Assembly (NCBI GenBank): GCA_017445025.1
Contig: JAFSVJ010000028.1
Span: 95,752 to 159,751 of the forward strand
Direction of reading: 5' to 3'
Origin: Abditibacteriota bacterium
GTDB taxonomy: Bacteria > Armatimonadota > UBA5829
Length of the DNA stretch: 64,000 nt
In this document: piece by piece, positions 28,024-38,960 of the stretch
Position numbering within the stretch: the stretch's first letter is position 1
Layout of the letters: every line of letters starts with the position of its first letter
Notes under the pieces: generated by a model
Seen by the model: the letters and a program-made list of their open reading frames with translations, nothing else
What the model was told of the DNA's origin: nothing
Database searches by the model: none
Program-made: the position numbers and the translations under genes

Positions 28024-29415
28024 TTATATATATTGATCTTTTTCGCCTTTATCTATGTTGGCGATAAGTTCTTTCACTTTTGATTTCATATTCTCCGGTA
28101 AGGTTTCCACATATTTATTGATTACCACATTTGCTTTTGCTTTCACTTCGTCACTTGCAAAATCGTGAAGATATTCTCTGAAAGAAAGAAGTGCATTGGG
28201 AAGACACATTTCGTGGATATCCCCTTCCTTTGCGTGTTTCATAAAAGTTTCACCGGTTCTTCCTCTTCTATAGCAAGCAGTGCAGAAAGATGGTATAAAT
28301 TCATCATTTAATAGAACATCTATTATTTGCGCCAAGGTTCTTTGGTCTGAAAGTTGAAATTGGTCTTTACTCTCCACCAAACCTTCTTCTTTTGAATACT
28401 CTCCCGGTCCCACTCTTGAACCCGCAGAAATTTGACTTACACCCAAGTTAATAAGTTCGTTTCTAAATTCTGCTCTCTCTCTTGTGGAAAGAATAATACC
28501 TGTATAAGGCACAGCCACTCTGAATACAGAAACTATCTTTCTCATTATATCTTCATTTACAGGATAAGGAATATTCTCTGCCACAGGGGCGTTTTGAGCA
28601 GGCTCAAGTCTTGGGACAGATATGGTATGAGGACCTATGTTGTATAAAGCATTTAAGTGTTCACAGTGTTGTAAAGTTGCCAAAGTTTCAAATCTGAAAT
28701 CATACAAGCCATACAAAGGACCTATTCCCACATCGTCAATACCCGCTTCAATTGCTCTGTCCGGTGCTAAAAGTCTGTTTGCCATATCTCTCTTAGGACC
28801 GGAAACATGGTATTTCATATAACTGTCATAGTGATAGGTTTCTTGGAAAACTTGATAGGTTCCTATTCCACACTGTTTCAACCGTTTAAAATCTTCTCCA
28901 CTCAAAGGTGCACAGTTTACGTTAACTCTTCTTATGCCCACACCATTATATCTTGCTTTGTAAATGGCTGCCACTGCTTTTTCAAGATATTCTATTCCTG
29001 AGTATTTGGGATGCTCTCCCGCAACCAACAATACTCTCTTGTGTCCCTCTCTCAAAAGGAAAAGTGTTTCATTTTCTATTTCTTCCGGAGATTGGCAAAT
29101 TCTCTTAAGATCCTTGTTTCCCGTTCTGAAAGCACAGTATAAACAGTTGTTTGCACATATATTGGATACATACATAGGTGCAAAAAACACTATTCTCTTT
29201 CCATAGATTTGCTCTTTAATATATCCTGCTATTTCGTATAATTTCTCAAGTAAACCTTTATCCGTCAATTGAAGAAGACAGGCTGCCTCTTCAATGGTTA
29301 TTCCTTTACATTCTTTTGCCTTTGCAAGTATATCATTGATATGCTCTTTACTTAAATCCGCATTGTCCAATGCATTAAAGATTTGCTCTTCATTCACAAA
29401 AGCATTATCTTTCAT
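28024..29415 (-). CDS. hydG: Radical SAM protein of the ThiH/HydG family, likely the [FeFe]-hydrogenase maturase HydG.
   Basis: 'CANNCLYCAFRTGN'. Length 463 aa with an extra C-terminal Cys motif (CTACYRRGRTGE). Confidence 0.55.
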   Translation of the reverse strand: MKDNAFVNEEQIFNALDNADLSKEHINDILAKAKECKGITIEEAACLLQLTDKGLLEKLYEIAGYIKEQIYGKRIVFFAPMYVSNICANNCLYCAFRTGNKDLKRICQSPEEIENETLFLLREGHKRVLLVAGEHPKYSGIEYLEKAVAAIYKARYNGVGIRRVNVNCAPLSGEDFKRLKQCGIGTYQVFQETYHYDSYMKYHVSGPKRDMANRLLAPDRAIEAGIDDVGIGPLYGLYDFRFETLATLQHCEHLNALYNIGPHTISVPRLEPAQNAPVAENIPYPVNEDIMRKIVSVFRVAVPYTGIILSTRERAEFRNELINLGVSQISAGSRVGPGEYSKEEGLVESKDQFQLSDQRTLAQIIDVLLNDEFIPSFCTACYRRGRTGETFMKHAKEGDIHEMCLPNALLSFREYLHDFASDEVKAKANVVINKYVETLPENMKSKVKELIANIDKGEKDQYI

Positions 29416-29567
29416 GTTACGCCTCTTAAATTGATAAATTTTTAACTATTTCTAATATATATTATACCACTTTTAAAAAAAATAATCAATTAATATAAAT
29501 GTTTTTCGGAACTTTTTTTATTATTTTTCGTTTATATATATGTCCCTCATATGGGCTTGGAGGTTAA

Positions 29568-29897
29568 ATGATCAAACTTTTACACAGAATCAGATTTTAC
29601 CTGGCTTGTCTGAACCTTCTCTACGGAAAAGAAATTTTTCCGGTGGGAAACAATTTTAAGGTAAAAAAAGGCGATTTTCTAATTTTAGCCAAGATGTCAA
29701 ACAGACAGCTGGATGTCTTTATCGAAGAAGCTTCCAGATTCGGGAGACTGTTTCTCTTAATGGACTCTATGGCGCAACAAGGAAAAAACTATGCTCTTTT
29801 TGAAGCAAATGAAAAAAGAGGAAGACTAAAACAAATATTTGAACAGTTAGAGGATGATTTGATATACAACACTTCCAAATTTACAGAGGACAAATAA
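29568..29897 (+). CDS. Hypothetical protein
   Basis: ORF with a hairpin terminator (GGGGCAATTGCCCC followed by a T-run) downstream. Confidence 0.4.
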   Translation: MIKLLHRIRFYLACLNLLYGKEIFPVGNNFKVKKGDFLILAKMSNRQLDVFIEEASRFGRLFLLMDSMAQQGKNYALFEANEKRGRLKQIFEQLEDDLIYNTSKFTEDK

Positions 29898-29928
29898 AGG
29901 GGCAATTGCCCCTCTTTTTTTTATATTA

Positions 29929-30237
29929 GTGATAATTATGTTAAAATATATTGAAAACAAATTATTATTTGAAATGAATGGTATAACTTACCGGCTTACA
30001 AGTCAACCCTACGAGCCCTGTTTGTATATAAATTATAATGGGCAGATTATAAAAACCATCCATAATGCATGGACATGGGATACAATTTCCGAAACATTCC
30101 AAAAAGGAGAAAAAATAGAAGCTTTGGATGGTAAGTGTTACTCCGAAGAAGAATTTTGTTCTGTTTTGGAGAAATTTATGGAATCAAGCAGAACAGAGGC
30201 CGATTTCGCATTTATAGCAAAAACGGAAGAAATATAA
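29929..30237 (+). CDS. Hypothetical protein
   Basis: ORF only. Confidence 0.35.
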   Translation: MIIMLKYIENKLLFEMNGITYRLTSQPYEPCLYINYNGQIIKTIHNAWTWDTISETFQKGEKIEALDGKCYSEEEFCSVLEKFMESSRTEADFAFIAKTEEI

Positions 30238-30400
30238 AACGATTTATTATAAATAAAGAAGGGGTGTCAAGGTCAAAAGTGTGTATTAATTGAAATTTTT
30301 GGTAAAAAGTAATATAATATATAATGGTATATTTTACAAAAAAAAGATTTTTAACACAAATTTGCGTAATTTAAATTAGTATATTGAATTTACAGGTTAG

Positions 30401-31297
30401 GTGACAGATATGAGAAAGATAGATATGGAAAATATGGACGACATAGATATAGCCAAATTACTTAAAAACATGTCAGAAGAAAATGTTGATGATATTTCTG
30501 ATGAAAATGTCTCTGTTGAAGAAACTGAAAACAATACAGACATTGAAGACACAAAATCACAAGAGAAGAAAGAAAACACCATATCAGATATAGCACATCA
30601 AATAGAAGAAATGGAAGAAAACGATGAAGATGAATCTTTTTATGATTCAAATACCATTAAAGTTGTTCTTCAAGACTATAAAGACCTAAAAGAAAAGTAT
30701 GATGAATTAAATGATAAATATCTCAGGTCCGTTGCCGACTTTGGTAACTTCCGAAAAAGAAACTTAGAAGAAAACAGAACCAAAATCGAAAAAAGTAAAG
30801 TAAGTCTTGTAAAGGAAATCATTACTCTTAACGATTCTCTTGAAAAAGCTCTCAAAGAAGCGGAAGAAAGTCAATCCTTCGAAAATCTTTTTGAAGGTGT
30901 CCAAGCAATACAAAAAATGGTAAGCTTTGCCTTAGAAAAAGAAAACGTTCGCCCCATTGATGCTGTAGGTGAAAAATTCAATCCTGAACTTCACGACTGT
31001 ATATTGGTAGCTCCTATCCCGGGAGTTGAAGCGGAAACCATTGTTGAAGAAACAGAAAAAGGTTATACCATTAACAAAACCGTGGTTCGTCCCGCCAAGG
31101 TAATAGTAGCCGGAGGGAGTCCTGAGGTTTCTGTTGATGAAAATGATGAAGAAATTCAAAAAACAGATACAGAAACCCAAGTGGAAGATACTCCCGAAAA
31201 CCCACAGGAGCCTGATACTGAAGAACCGGAAAATGCTTCCGAGCCCCCAGACTCCGAAGATGAAGTAGAAATTCCTGTAAATGTAAGAGAAGAATGA
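30401..31297 (+). CDS. grpE: Nucleotide exchange factor GrpE with long acidic N- and C-terminal extensions
   Basis: 'YLRSVADFGNFRKRNLEE' GrpE signature. Confidence 0.75.
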   Translation: MTDMRKIDMENMDDIDIAKLLKNMSEENVDDISDENVSVEETENNTDIEDTKSQEKKENTISDIAHQIEEMEENDEDESFYDSNTIKVVLQDYKDLKEKYDELNDKYLRSVADFGNFRKRNLEENRTKIEKSKVSLVKEIITLNDSLEKALKEAEESQSFENLFEGVQAIQKMVSFALEKENVRPIDAVGEKFNPELHDCILVAPIPGVEAETIVEETEKGYTINKTVVRPAKVIVAGGSPEVSVDENDEEIQKTDTETQVEDTPENPQEPDTEEPENASEPPDSEDEVEIPVNVREE

Positions 31298-31478
31298 TTT
31301 TCCAAATCACAAAAAGTTTTAACATTTTTTAGGGAACCCTTGGATTTTTTACAAAAACATCTTGTATTTCTGCCCCAATGAGCCTAAAAGAGATTCATTA
31401 AGTTAGTGGGGGACTGAATTTTAGAGGTAGCTCTACAGGGTAAAGGCGATAGGTTCCTCATGATTTGCTAACAAAAAC

Positions 31479-32957
31479 ATGAATATTGTATCATCTGAAA
31501 ATATAAAAGAAATAGATAGAATCTGTGAAGAAAAATACAACATTCCCACTCTCATTTTAATGGAAAATGCGGGAAAGAGTATTTTTAGTCATATTTCTTC
31601 AAATATTGATATAAACAAAAACATAGCTGTTGTTTGCGGTAAAGGAAATAATGGCGGTGATGGTTTGGTTTGTGCCAGACACTTAATTAACAATAACTAC
31701 AATGTGACAATTTATCTCTTAGGAGAACCTTCCACAAAAGACTGTAAAACCAACCTGTCAATTTTAGAATCAATTAAAGCCAAAATCATTTTTATAACAA
31801 AAGATAATTTACCAAATTTCAAGGAATATGATATTATAATTGACGCTCTCTTAGGTATAGGTATCAAAGGAGCACCAAAAGATTTATTCTCAAAAGTCAT
31901 TAATGCCATAAATTCTGCTTCTTCCTATATTTACTCCATAGATATTCCAAGCGGTATCAACGGAACAACAGGTGAAGGAGTAATATTCATAAAAGCCAAT
32001 GAAACCTTAACTCTCGGATATCCAAAAATAGGTTCTTTTGTTTTTCCCGGTCGTGAGGCTTGCGGGAAAGTGACAACTCTTGATATATCTCTTCCGAAAG
32101 ACATTCTTGATAATATAGAATCTCTCACCCACGCTTTTACCAAAGAGGATTTCCAAAAGCCGGAAAGATTTGCCAATTCTCACAAAGGCACATATGGGCA
32201 TGTTGGAATTATTGGAGGCCTGGCATATATGACAGGAGCTGCTACCTTAACGGGACTTGCTTCCTATGGTGTGGGGTGCGGGTATGTTTCCATAGCGTCT
32301 CCTATTCACTATATGAGCTCATTTTCAAACAAATTGACGGAAGCTGTTATAACCCCTATTTACAAATCCAATGAAGATTCCTATTCACAAGCCTCCATAC
32401 CGGAGCTTATATCCTTTACCAAAAGCAAAAGTGTGGTGGTTTTAGGCCCCGGATTAGGCAAAAACGAGACTTCCATAGATATTGTATCAAATATATGTAA
32501 CAACAGCCAAAGTCCCCTAATTTTAGACGCTGACGCTATTTACGGGATTTCATATAATCTTGATAAACTTAAACCCAACACTGTTTTGACCCCTCATCCA
32601 AAGGAAATGACTTATCTCACAGGCCTTAATATAGGTGATATTCAAAAAAACAGAATTAAAATCGCAAAAGAATTTGCAAAAAAATATAACATAATTCTTG
32701 TTCTTAAAGGTGCCGACACGGTAACCACAGACGGAAAAGAAGTTTATATCAACACCTCAGGCTCCGACGGAATGGCAACAGCAGGCAGCGGTGATGTTTT
32801 AAGCGGCATTATAGCAGGTTTGATTGCCCAAAAAGGTGTCTCTCTTAAAACTGTGGCAAGTGCTGTATGGCTTCACGGAAAAGCCGGTGAAGAAGCACAA
32901 AAAGCTTTGGGCTTCGGTATGAGAGCCTCTAATATTATTGAATACATAAAACTATAG
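31479..32957 (+). CDS. nnr: Bifunctional NAD(P)H-hydrate repair enzyme (YjeF N-terminal epimerase plus C-terminal dehydratase)
   Basis: 'VVCGKGNNGGDGLV' and 'GSDGMATAGSGDVLSGIIAG'. Confidence 0.85.
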   Translation: MNIVSSENIKEIDRICEEKYNIPTLILMENAGKSIFSHISSNIDINKNIAVVCGKGNNGGDGLVCARHLINNNYNVTIYLLGEPSTKDCKTNLSILESIKAKIIFITKDNLPNFKEYDIIIDALLGIGIKGAPKDLFSKVINAINSASSYIYSIDIPSGINGTTGEGVIFIKANETLTLGYPKIGSFVFPGREACGKVTTLDISLPKDILDNIESLTHAFTKEDFQKPERFANSHKGTYGHVGIIGGLAYMTGAATLTGLASYGVGCGYVSIASPIHYMSSFSNKLTEAVITPIYKSNEDSYSQASIPELISFTKSKSVVVLGPGLGKNETSIDIVSNICNNSQSPLILDADAIYGISYNLDKLKPNTVLTPHPKEMTYLTGLNIGDIQKNRIKIAKEFAKKYNIILVLKGADTVTTDGKEVYINTSGSDGMATAGSGDVLSGIIAGLIAQKGVSLKTVASAVWLHGKAGEEAQKALGFGMRASNIIEYIKL

Positions 32958-32965
32958 GTTTTTTT

Positions 32966-34021
32966 ATGAAAAAAATCATATTTATTATTATTTTTTTACT
33001 CATAGCAACCTGTGTTTTTTCCAAGGGCATGAAGGCTGTTTATGTCAGCACATGGAACCCGGGACTTTTTACCAAATCACAGGTAGATAATACAATCAAA
33101 GCTTGCAAGACAGCAGGAATAACAGATCTCTTTGTTCAAGTAAGACGAATGAACGATGCATATTATACTTCCAAAATTGTCCCTAAAGCTACCAATCTAA
33201 AAGAAAACTTTGATATGTTGGACTATACCATTAAATCTTGCAAAAAGAACAATATAAAAGTTCACGCTTGGTTTGTTATTTGCAGAATAGGAAGAGACGA
33301 TTACAAAAAAAGCCTAAACCCCAATCAAATATCTTGGCTGGACAAAGATAAAAAAGGCAACTTGATTAGCGAAAAAAATGTTTTCATTGACCCTTCCAAC
33401 GAAGCAGCAAGAAAATATATCACAAGTGTTATTAAAGAAGTTATTACCAAATATCCCGTTGACGGAGTTCATTTAGATTATATAAGATACCCAAATGCCA
33501 ACTATGGTTTTTGTCCCCATTCCGTTAAACAATTTACCCTTGAAACAGGTACCTTAGCCCCTATGGGTCCCCAGTTTGATAATTTCAGAAGAGAACAAAT
33601 AACCAAACTTGTGGCAGAAATCAGACATACTTGCAACAGCAGTAAAAGAAAAATAATTCTTTCCGCTTCTATTGTCAGTTGGGGAGGAGCCACATCATAC
33701 ACAAAACTTTCTTCTTATGCGAATACTTTCCAAGACTATGATAAATGGATTAGAAATAACTATGTGGACTATGTTATGCCTATGATTTACAAAAGACAAA
33801 ACGTGGATAAACAAGCAAAAGACTACATAGAATGGCTGAAGGTATATTCCAATGCCAAACATAAAAGCAAAATAGTCCCCGCAATAGCCGGATATTTAAA
33901 CACATCTGACGGCTTAAAAAGGCAGATTACAATAACGGAACAAGCAGGTTACAATAATTGGATTGTATTTGACTTTAACGAAGGGGCTGACAGAAAGAAC
34001 CTCATAGCAGCATTAAAATAA
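32966..34021 (+). CDS. Glycoside-hydrolase-like family 10 (GHL10) lipoprotein
   Basis: 'VDGVHLDYIRYP' signature. Signal peptide present. Confidence 0.65.
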   Translation: MKKIIFIIIFLLIATCVFSKGMKAVYVSTWNPGLFTKSQVDNTIKACKTAGITDLFVQVRRMNDAYYTSKIVPKATNLKENFDMLDYTIKSCKKNNIKVHAWFVICRIGRDDYKKSLNPNQISWLDKDKKGNLISEKNVFIDPSNEAARKYITSVIKEVITKYPVDGVHLDYIRYPNANYGFCPHSVKQFTLETGTLAPMGPQFDNFRREQITKLVAEIRHTCNSSKRKIILSASIVSWGGATSYTKLSSYANTFQDYDKWIRNNYVDYVMPMIYKRQNVDKQAKDYIEWLKVYSNAKHKSKIVPAIAGYLNTSDGLKRQITITEQAGYNNWIVFDFNEGADRKNLIAALK

Positions 34022-34153
34022 AAATACCAATAATAATGGCAGGTTTACTCCTGCCATTTGTTTATTATGTTTAAAACAAGAAAGCAGGGACGAGCCCTGC
34101 TTAAATATATTCAAAAAAAAACATCCGTAAAATCCAAAAACTATATGTAATTA

Positions 34154-35182
34154 TTATTGCCACATTTTGAGAAAATCATCGGTGATTTTCTGCTCCGTTT
34201 CCTCTTCTTCTTTTTTCTTTAAATATTCATTGACAAAACCTTTGTAAAGTCTTGTTTCAAAATTAGTCTTATTGTTCTTTGTGAAAGCATCGTCAGATTT
34301 GTCGCCTTGAACCAAATTAACAAAATAATGAACTTTAAAACTTATTTCATCTGCCAAGTGAAGAACCATTGCTTCTAAGGTGCAGGGGACTTTCGGAGAA
34401 CCATATTCCAACTTTCCATGATGAGACAATATCATGTGAGATATAATTCCGCAAAACTCCTCATCCAAACCAAGTTCCTTACAAGCCTCCATTGCCATGG
34501 AAGCACCCATTACCAAATGGCCTATAAAATGACCTTCATTGGTAAACTCTATTCCGGACTTAATCTTATACTCCCTTATCTTTGCCATATCATGAAGGAG
34601 AGCACCCGTTATCAACACATCTCTTTTAATGATTTCATAATAAACTGAGGCTACCTTGTCTGCCACGTTACACACATCCAAAGTATGTTCCAAAAGACCT
34701 GCCACATAAGCATGGTGAAAAGTCATAGCCGCCGGAGCCTCTATAAACTTATTATAAAAAGACTGATTATCAAAAAAATAATGCAAAAGCTTTTTACAAT
34801 TCTCATCCTTTACAGACACAATGATATTATTCAGCTTTTTCTTCATATCATTAATATCTTTTGGACTGGAAGCCAAGAAATCTGCACAATTGCAATTTTC
34901 ACTTGTCTTGGCAATGGAATCCACCCTAAATTGCAAATTTCCGTTATAATCATTTACCAATCCCGTAATATTATAATACTTTCCTTCCACGAGGTCATCA
35001 AACTCATTCTCTGAGGAAATATTCCATTTCTTACCGTCTATCTCACCGGTTTTATCCACAAGTTTTAAACTTAAATATTGATTGTCATTTTTCCCCACAC
35101 ACAATTGTTTATGTGTCAGCAAAAATATATCATTTATTTTTTCCCCTGATAAAAAATCTTTTATAAATTTGGTTTTTGGCAT
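34154..35182 (-). CDS. yhaM: OB-fold plus HD-domain 3'-5' exoribonuclease of the YhaM type
   Basis: N-terminal OB fold and HD motif ('HHAYVAGLLEHTLDV'). Confidence 0.6.
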   Translation of the reverse strand: MPKTKFIKDFLSGEKINDIFLLTHKQLCVGKNDNQYLSLKLVDKTGEIDGKKWNISSENEFDDLVEGKYYNITGLVNDYNGNLQFRVDSIAKTSENCNCADFLASSPKDINDMKKKLNNIIVSVKDENCKKLLHYFFDNQSFYNKFIEAPAAMTFHHAYVAGLLEHTLDVCNVADKVASVYYEIIKRDVLITGALLHDMAKIREYKIKSGIEFTNEGHFIGHLVMGASMAMEACKELGLDEEFCGIISHMILSHHGKLEYGSPKVPCTLEAMVLHLADEISFKVHYFVNLVQGDKSDDAFTKNNKTNFETRLYKGFVNEYLKKKEEEETEQKITDDFLKMWQ

Positions 35183-35194
35183 ATTATATTCCTT

Positions 35195-36592
35195 TTATTT
35201 TCCAATACAAAATTGTGAGAAAATATAGTCAAGTATATCTTCGGTTGTAGTCTCTCCGGTAATCAAACCCAGTTGATACATGGCATCCGTCAAATCTATT
35301 GCCACACAATCAAGTTCCATACCGTTCTCATTGCTTTCTTTAGCCAACAAAAGAGATTTAACAGCTTTTTTAATTGCGTCAAGATGCCTGTTGTTGGTAA
35401 TCATTAAGTCTTCGCTGCCCACAAAATCTTTGATATATTCATATATAATTGTTTTTAATTTTTCAATTGAAGAAGGTTCTTTAGCACTGATTGTGACAAA
35501 ATTTAAAATATCATTGTTCTTATATGTCAACTTATCAACAGAAGCTAAATAATCTTTGTATTCATTAATAATTAACGGACAAGATATATCTTCTTTATTT
35601 ACCACAAATAAAATATCTTTACTAAAAGTTAAAATATGCGAAAGAATATACTTATCTTCCTCGCTTATCTCTCTTGATCCGTCAAAAACCATTATAATCA
35701 AATCAGCTTCTTCCGATACGGAAAGAGATCTTAAAACACCTTCTCTCTCTATCACATCTTCCGTGTCTCTCACTCCCGCAGTATCACTTATAACCACAGG
35801 AACGCCCTTTATATCCAAACTCTCCGTAATTATATCACGAGTAGTGCCCGGAATATCCGTCACTATAGCTCTTTGACTGTCCAATAGTCCGTTTAAGATG
35901 GAAGATTTTCCCACATTGACACATCCTACCAAACTGACCTTCATTCCGTCTCGAAAATAATAAGACTTTTGATTGGTATTAACAATATTTTCCAAATAAT
36001 CTATTATTTTTGAAAAACTTTTATCCAAATCTTCTCTCTCCGGCTCAAGCACATCTTCCGGGAAATCAATGTTAGCTTCAATAGATGCCCTAATATCCAT
36101 AATCTCTTTATTGATTTCCTTCATTTTCATGCCGAGAGAACCTTTCAGTTGAGAGAGAGCAATTTGTTTACTTCTTTTGGTTTGGGATTTGATTAAATCG
36201 TTTACAGCCTCTGCTTGGGAAAGATCCAATTTCCCATTCAAAAAAGCACGTTTGGTAAACTCTCCGGGTTCAGCAATAACAGCACCGGCTTCCAAAAGAG
36301 AATTAATGATCTCCTCCACAATAATTATATTACCATGGGAAGAGATTTCAATCACATCTTCTCCCGTATATGAATGAGGACCTTGAAATTTGGTAATGAC
36401 AATGTCATCAATTGTTTTTCCTTCAAAATTAAAAAAGTTGCCGTGTAGAATTGTTCTCGGAGCTTGGTTAATAACATCCTCTGAAAATAGCTTATTAACT
36501 ATTTCAAAGCTTTTATCACCACTTACTCTAATAACACTCATACCACCACTGCCTTGTGGAGTGGCTACGGCAACAATAGTATCATTTAGCAT
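35195..36592 (-). CDS. mnmE: tRNA modification GTPase MnmE
   Basis: N-terminal 'IVAVATPQGSGGMSVIRVSG', G-domain, and the C-terminal 'CIGK' motif. Confidence 0.9.
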   Translation of the reverse strand: MLNDTIVAVATPQGSGGMSVIRVSGDKSFEIVNKLFSEDVINQAPRTILHGNFFNFEGKTIDDIVITKFQGPHSYTGEDVIEISSHGNIIIVEEIINSLLEAGAVIAEPGEFTKRAFLNGKLDLSQAEAVNDLIKSQTKRSKQIALSQLKGSLGMKMKEINKEIMDIRASIEANIDFPEDVLEPEREDLDKSFSKIIDYLENIVNTNQKSYYFRDGMKVSLVGCVNVGKSSILNGLLDSQRAIVTDIPGTTRDIITESLDIKGVPVVISDTAGVRDTEDVIEREGVLRSLSVSEEADLIIMVFDGSREISEEDKYILSHILTFSKDILFVVNKEDISCPLIINEYKDYLASVDKLTYKNNDILNFVTISAKEPSSIEKLKTIIYEYIKDFVGSEDLMITNNRHLDAIKKAVKSLLLAKESNENGMELDCVAIDLTDAMYQLGLITGETTTEDILDYIFSQFCIGK

Positions 36593-36634
36593 AATGTTTT
36601 TTATTTGATTTTCTGCTTTCTGTTTTAATATTTA

Positions 36635-37348
36635 TTAATTATCCTTCGGAGAGATTATAACATGTCTCTCCATGCCTTCGCCTTCTGAGTAAGTTTTAAC
36701 ACCCTCATAATTGCGAAGAGCCATGTGAACAATTCGTCTGTCATTGGCACTTTGAGGCTCCATAACAGCTTCTCGTCCGTGCTTAACTACCATTTCAGCT
36801 ATCTTTAAAGCCCTTTCTTGTAATTCTTTGGTTCTCTTGGCTCTGTGACCGTCGGCATCAATTACTATTCTTCTTTTACAAGGGTATTTCTTATTGGCAA
36901 TAATACAGGCAAGATATTGAAGAGAATCCAAAGTTGCACCAAATTTACCGATTAATATTGCTATATCTTCACCCACTATGTTAAAAGCAATACGGTCTTC
37001 TGTCACAGTATCAATAATCAAATTAACCTTGATACCCATTAGTTCAATGGTTTTTTCTATAAACTCTTTAGCTGTGTCAAAGAAAATATCTTCATTTGAT
37101 TCTTCTTCCACCAATACAGGCTTTTCTTCAGGTTCCCCCTCTTCCTTTGTAATGGAAACAGGAGTTGCAGGAGAGGGAGCTTCTTTTTTACTTGCTTCTA
37201 TAACTACTTTGCTTCCTAAACCCAAAAAACCTTTTACTTCTTCTACAACTGAATATTCTATCAAAGAAACGGGAGCACCTAAGGCTTCGCCTGCCGAAGC
37301 AAGTGCGTCCTCAAGATTAGAACCTTCAAATTTTTGTTTTTCGTCCAT
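36635..37348 (-). CDS. jag: Jag/KhpB RNA-binding protein (KH plus R3H domains)
   Basis: R3H motif 'SANDRRIVHMALRNYEGVKTYSEGEG'. Sits in the conserved yidC-jag-mnmE context. Confidence 0.8.
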   Translation of the reverse strand: MDEKQKFEGSNLEDALASAGEALGAPVSLIEYSVVEEVKGFLGLGSKVVIEASKKEAPSPATPVSITKEEGEPEEKPVLVEEESNEDIFFDTAKEFIEKTIELMGIKVNLIIDTVTEDRIAFNIVGEDIAILIGKFGATLDSLQYLACIIANKKYPCKRRIVIDADGHRAKRTKELQERALKIAEMVVKHGREAVMEPQSANDRRIVHMALRNYEGVKTYSEGEGMERHVIISPKDN

Positions 37349-37369
37349 TTATTTAATCCTTATACAAGT

Positions 37370-38581
37370 TTATTTCTTATTATTCTTTTCTTCTTTCGGT
37401 AATTCTTTTACTTTTGTTTCGCTTGTTCCGTTCTCTTCATCATATTTCTTATAAAACATTTTCTGTTGAATGGTTTGGAAAATGTTAAACACAAGCCAAT
37501 AAAGTAAGAATGCACTGGGGAACCCGGCAAACAAGAATGCGAACATTATGGGGAACATGTAGCTCATCATTTTTTGTTGGTCTGCCTGCTGCTTGTCGGC
37601 AACGGGAGTATTCATTTTCATAGAAACGAAAGTTGAAATAATGTATATAACCAAAAGTATTAAGTCTGCTTCTGCAAGATTTGCACCACAAAACCAAACA
37701 ACTTGTCCCGGCTGTCCCAAAACATTTAATGAGAAGTGATGTTCAAAAGTTGAACCTATCCACAAAAATGTTCCCTTTTGGAATTGAATTTCATAAGATT
37801 TTATAACATAAAATAGGAAGAAGAGAATAGGCATCTGTATTAACAAAGGCAAACAACCACTCAAAGGGTTTATATTATGCTCTTTGTATAAAGCCATAGT
37901 CTCCTGACCTAATTTCTGTTGATCGTCTTTATATTTCTCTTGAAGAGCCTTTATCTTAGGCTGAATCTTCTGCATCTCCTTCATAGATCTCATTTGAGTA
38001 TTAAAAAGAGGAGTTAGGACAATCTTAACCACAATGGCTATCAAAACAATGGCAAACCAATAAGAAAACCCCGGTTTTGAGCCTGTCAACTTAACGAGAA
38101 AATCAATTATCTTATAATTAAGTTTTTCAGAATTTTGCTTATCAAGAAGCAACCCCACTTCCTGTTTTTTCTCTTTGATTTCTACAACTTTGTTCTTAAT
38201 CTCTCCGATTTCTTTTGTGGTAAACCCGGCTTTATCCAATTCGGCATCAGTTCTATCCCAACGAACCACAAGCATTTTCAAAGCTTCATAAGCTCTTTGA
38301 GTTTGTTTGGGGTCTCCTGATGCTGCTTGAATTTTGGCAAGTTCATATTGAGCATATATAGCTTCCGGAGTATCTTTGGTTTTCTTGTTTTTAAGAATAT
38401 CATTAAAACATTCGGAAGCCTCAGCTTGAAGTTCCTTTTTCTCAGAGGATGACTGAGAAGCCTCAGCCTTTTGTACATACTCCATTCCCTTGTTGTATAG
38501 TTCTTGAGATTTTGTCTCATCTGCAAAAACACCAACTGACAAGAATAGAATAAAACATATAAATAAAAATCTTAATTTCAT
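37370..38581 (-). CDS. yidC: Membrane protein insertase YidC/Oxa1 family with an N-terminal TPR-like periplasmic region
   Basis: 'LPLLIQMPILFFLFYV' YidC core, and gene context. Confidence 0.75.
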   Translation of the reverse strand: MKLRFLFICFILFLSVGVFADETKSQELYNKGMEYVQKAEASQSSSEKKELQAEASECFNDILKNKKTKDTPEAIYAQYELAKIQAASGDPKQTQRAYEALKMLVVRWDRTDAELDKAGFTTKEIGEIKNKVVEIKEKKQEVGLLLDKQNSEKLNYKIIDFLVKLTGSKPGFSYWFAIVLIAIVVKIVLTPLFNTQMRSMKEMQKIQPKIKALQEKYKDDQQKLGQETMALYKEHNINPLSGCLPLLIQMPILFFLFYVIKSYEIQFQKGTFLWIGSTFEHHFSLNVLGQPGQVVWFCGANLAEADLILLVIYIISTFVSMKMNTPVADKQQADQQKMMSYMFPIMFAFLFAGFPSAFLLYWLVFNIFQTIQQKMFYKKYDEENGTSETKVKELPKEEKNNKK

Positions 38582-38689
38582 TAAATAACCTTATAATATA
38601 ATTCTTAACATATCCATGTAAAAGTTTGGGAAAGGGCACTTGTTATTTACCATTTTTAAATAGATTTGCTACGCAAATCATTTTTCTTC

Positions 38690-38960
38690 TTATTATCGCA
38701 AAATCGTTCCGCACCCCCCGCCGTTTTTGACAGTTTTCCTACGGAAAACACCAAAAACGACTACAGGGTGGGGGGTCTATAAAGGGCTCCCGAAAAGTCG
38801 TAAGACTTTTTGGGAATAATGCCCTATGGGGATGGGGGCCCGACTTCGGGGCTACCCCCCTCCGGCTCCCCCCTATATGCCTTCTAGTATAGGCTGGTCA
38901 ACAGAATTTTACCCCCATAGGGGGGGAGAGAGTGGTGCTCCTACATTACCATTTCCCTTG
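38690..38960. repeat. GC-rich, G/C-run-rich repeat mosaic inserted between yidD and yidC (CCCCCC/GGGGGG runs and a CCCGAAAAGTCGTAAGACTTTTTGGG hairpin).
   Basis: Composition clearly differs from the AT-rich background. It contains copies of the hairpin families seen elsewhere in the window. Confidence 0.5.

Noticed and set aside
38690-38960. RNase P RNA, tmRNA or SRP RNA in the GC-rich yidD-yidC spacer
   Set aside because: The hallmark motifs were not seen: RNase P P4 'AGGAAAGTCCGGGCTCC', the tmRNA GGGG…TCCACCA ends and tag ORF, the SRP 'GGTGCTGTTTACCAGG'. The G/C runs look like the repeat families present elsewhere.
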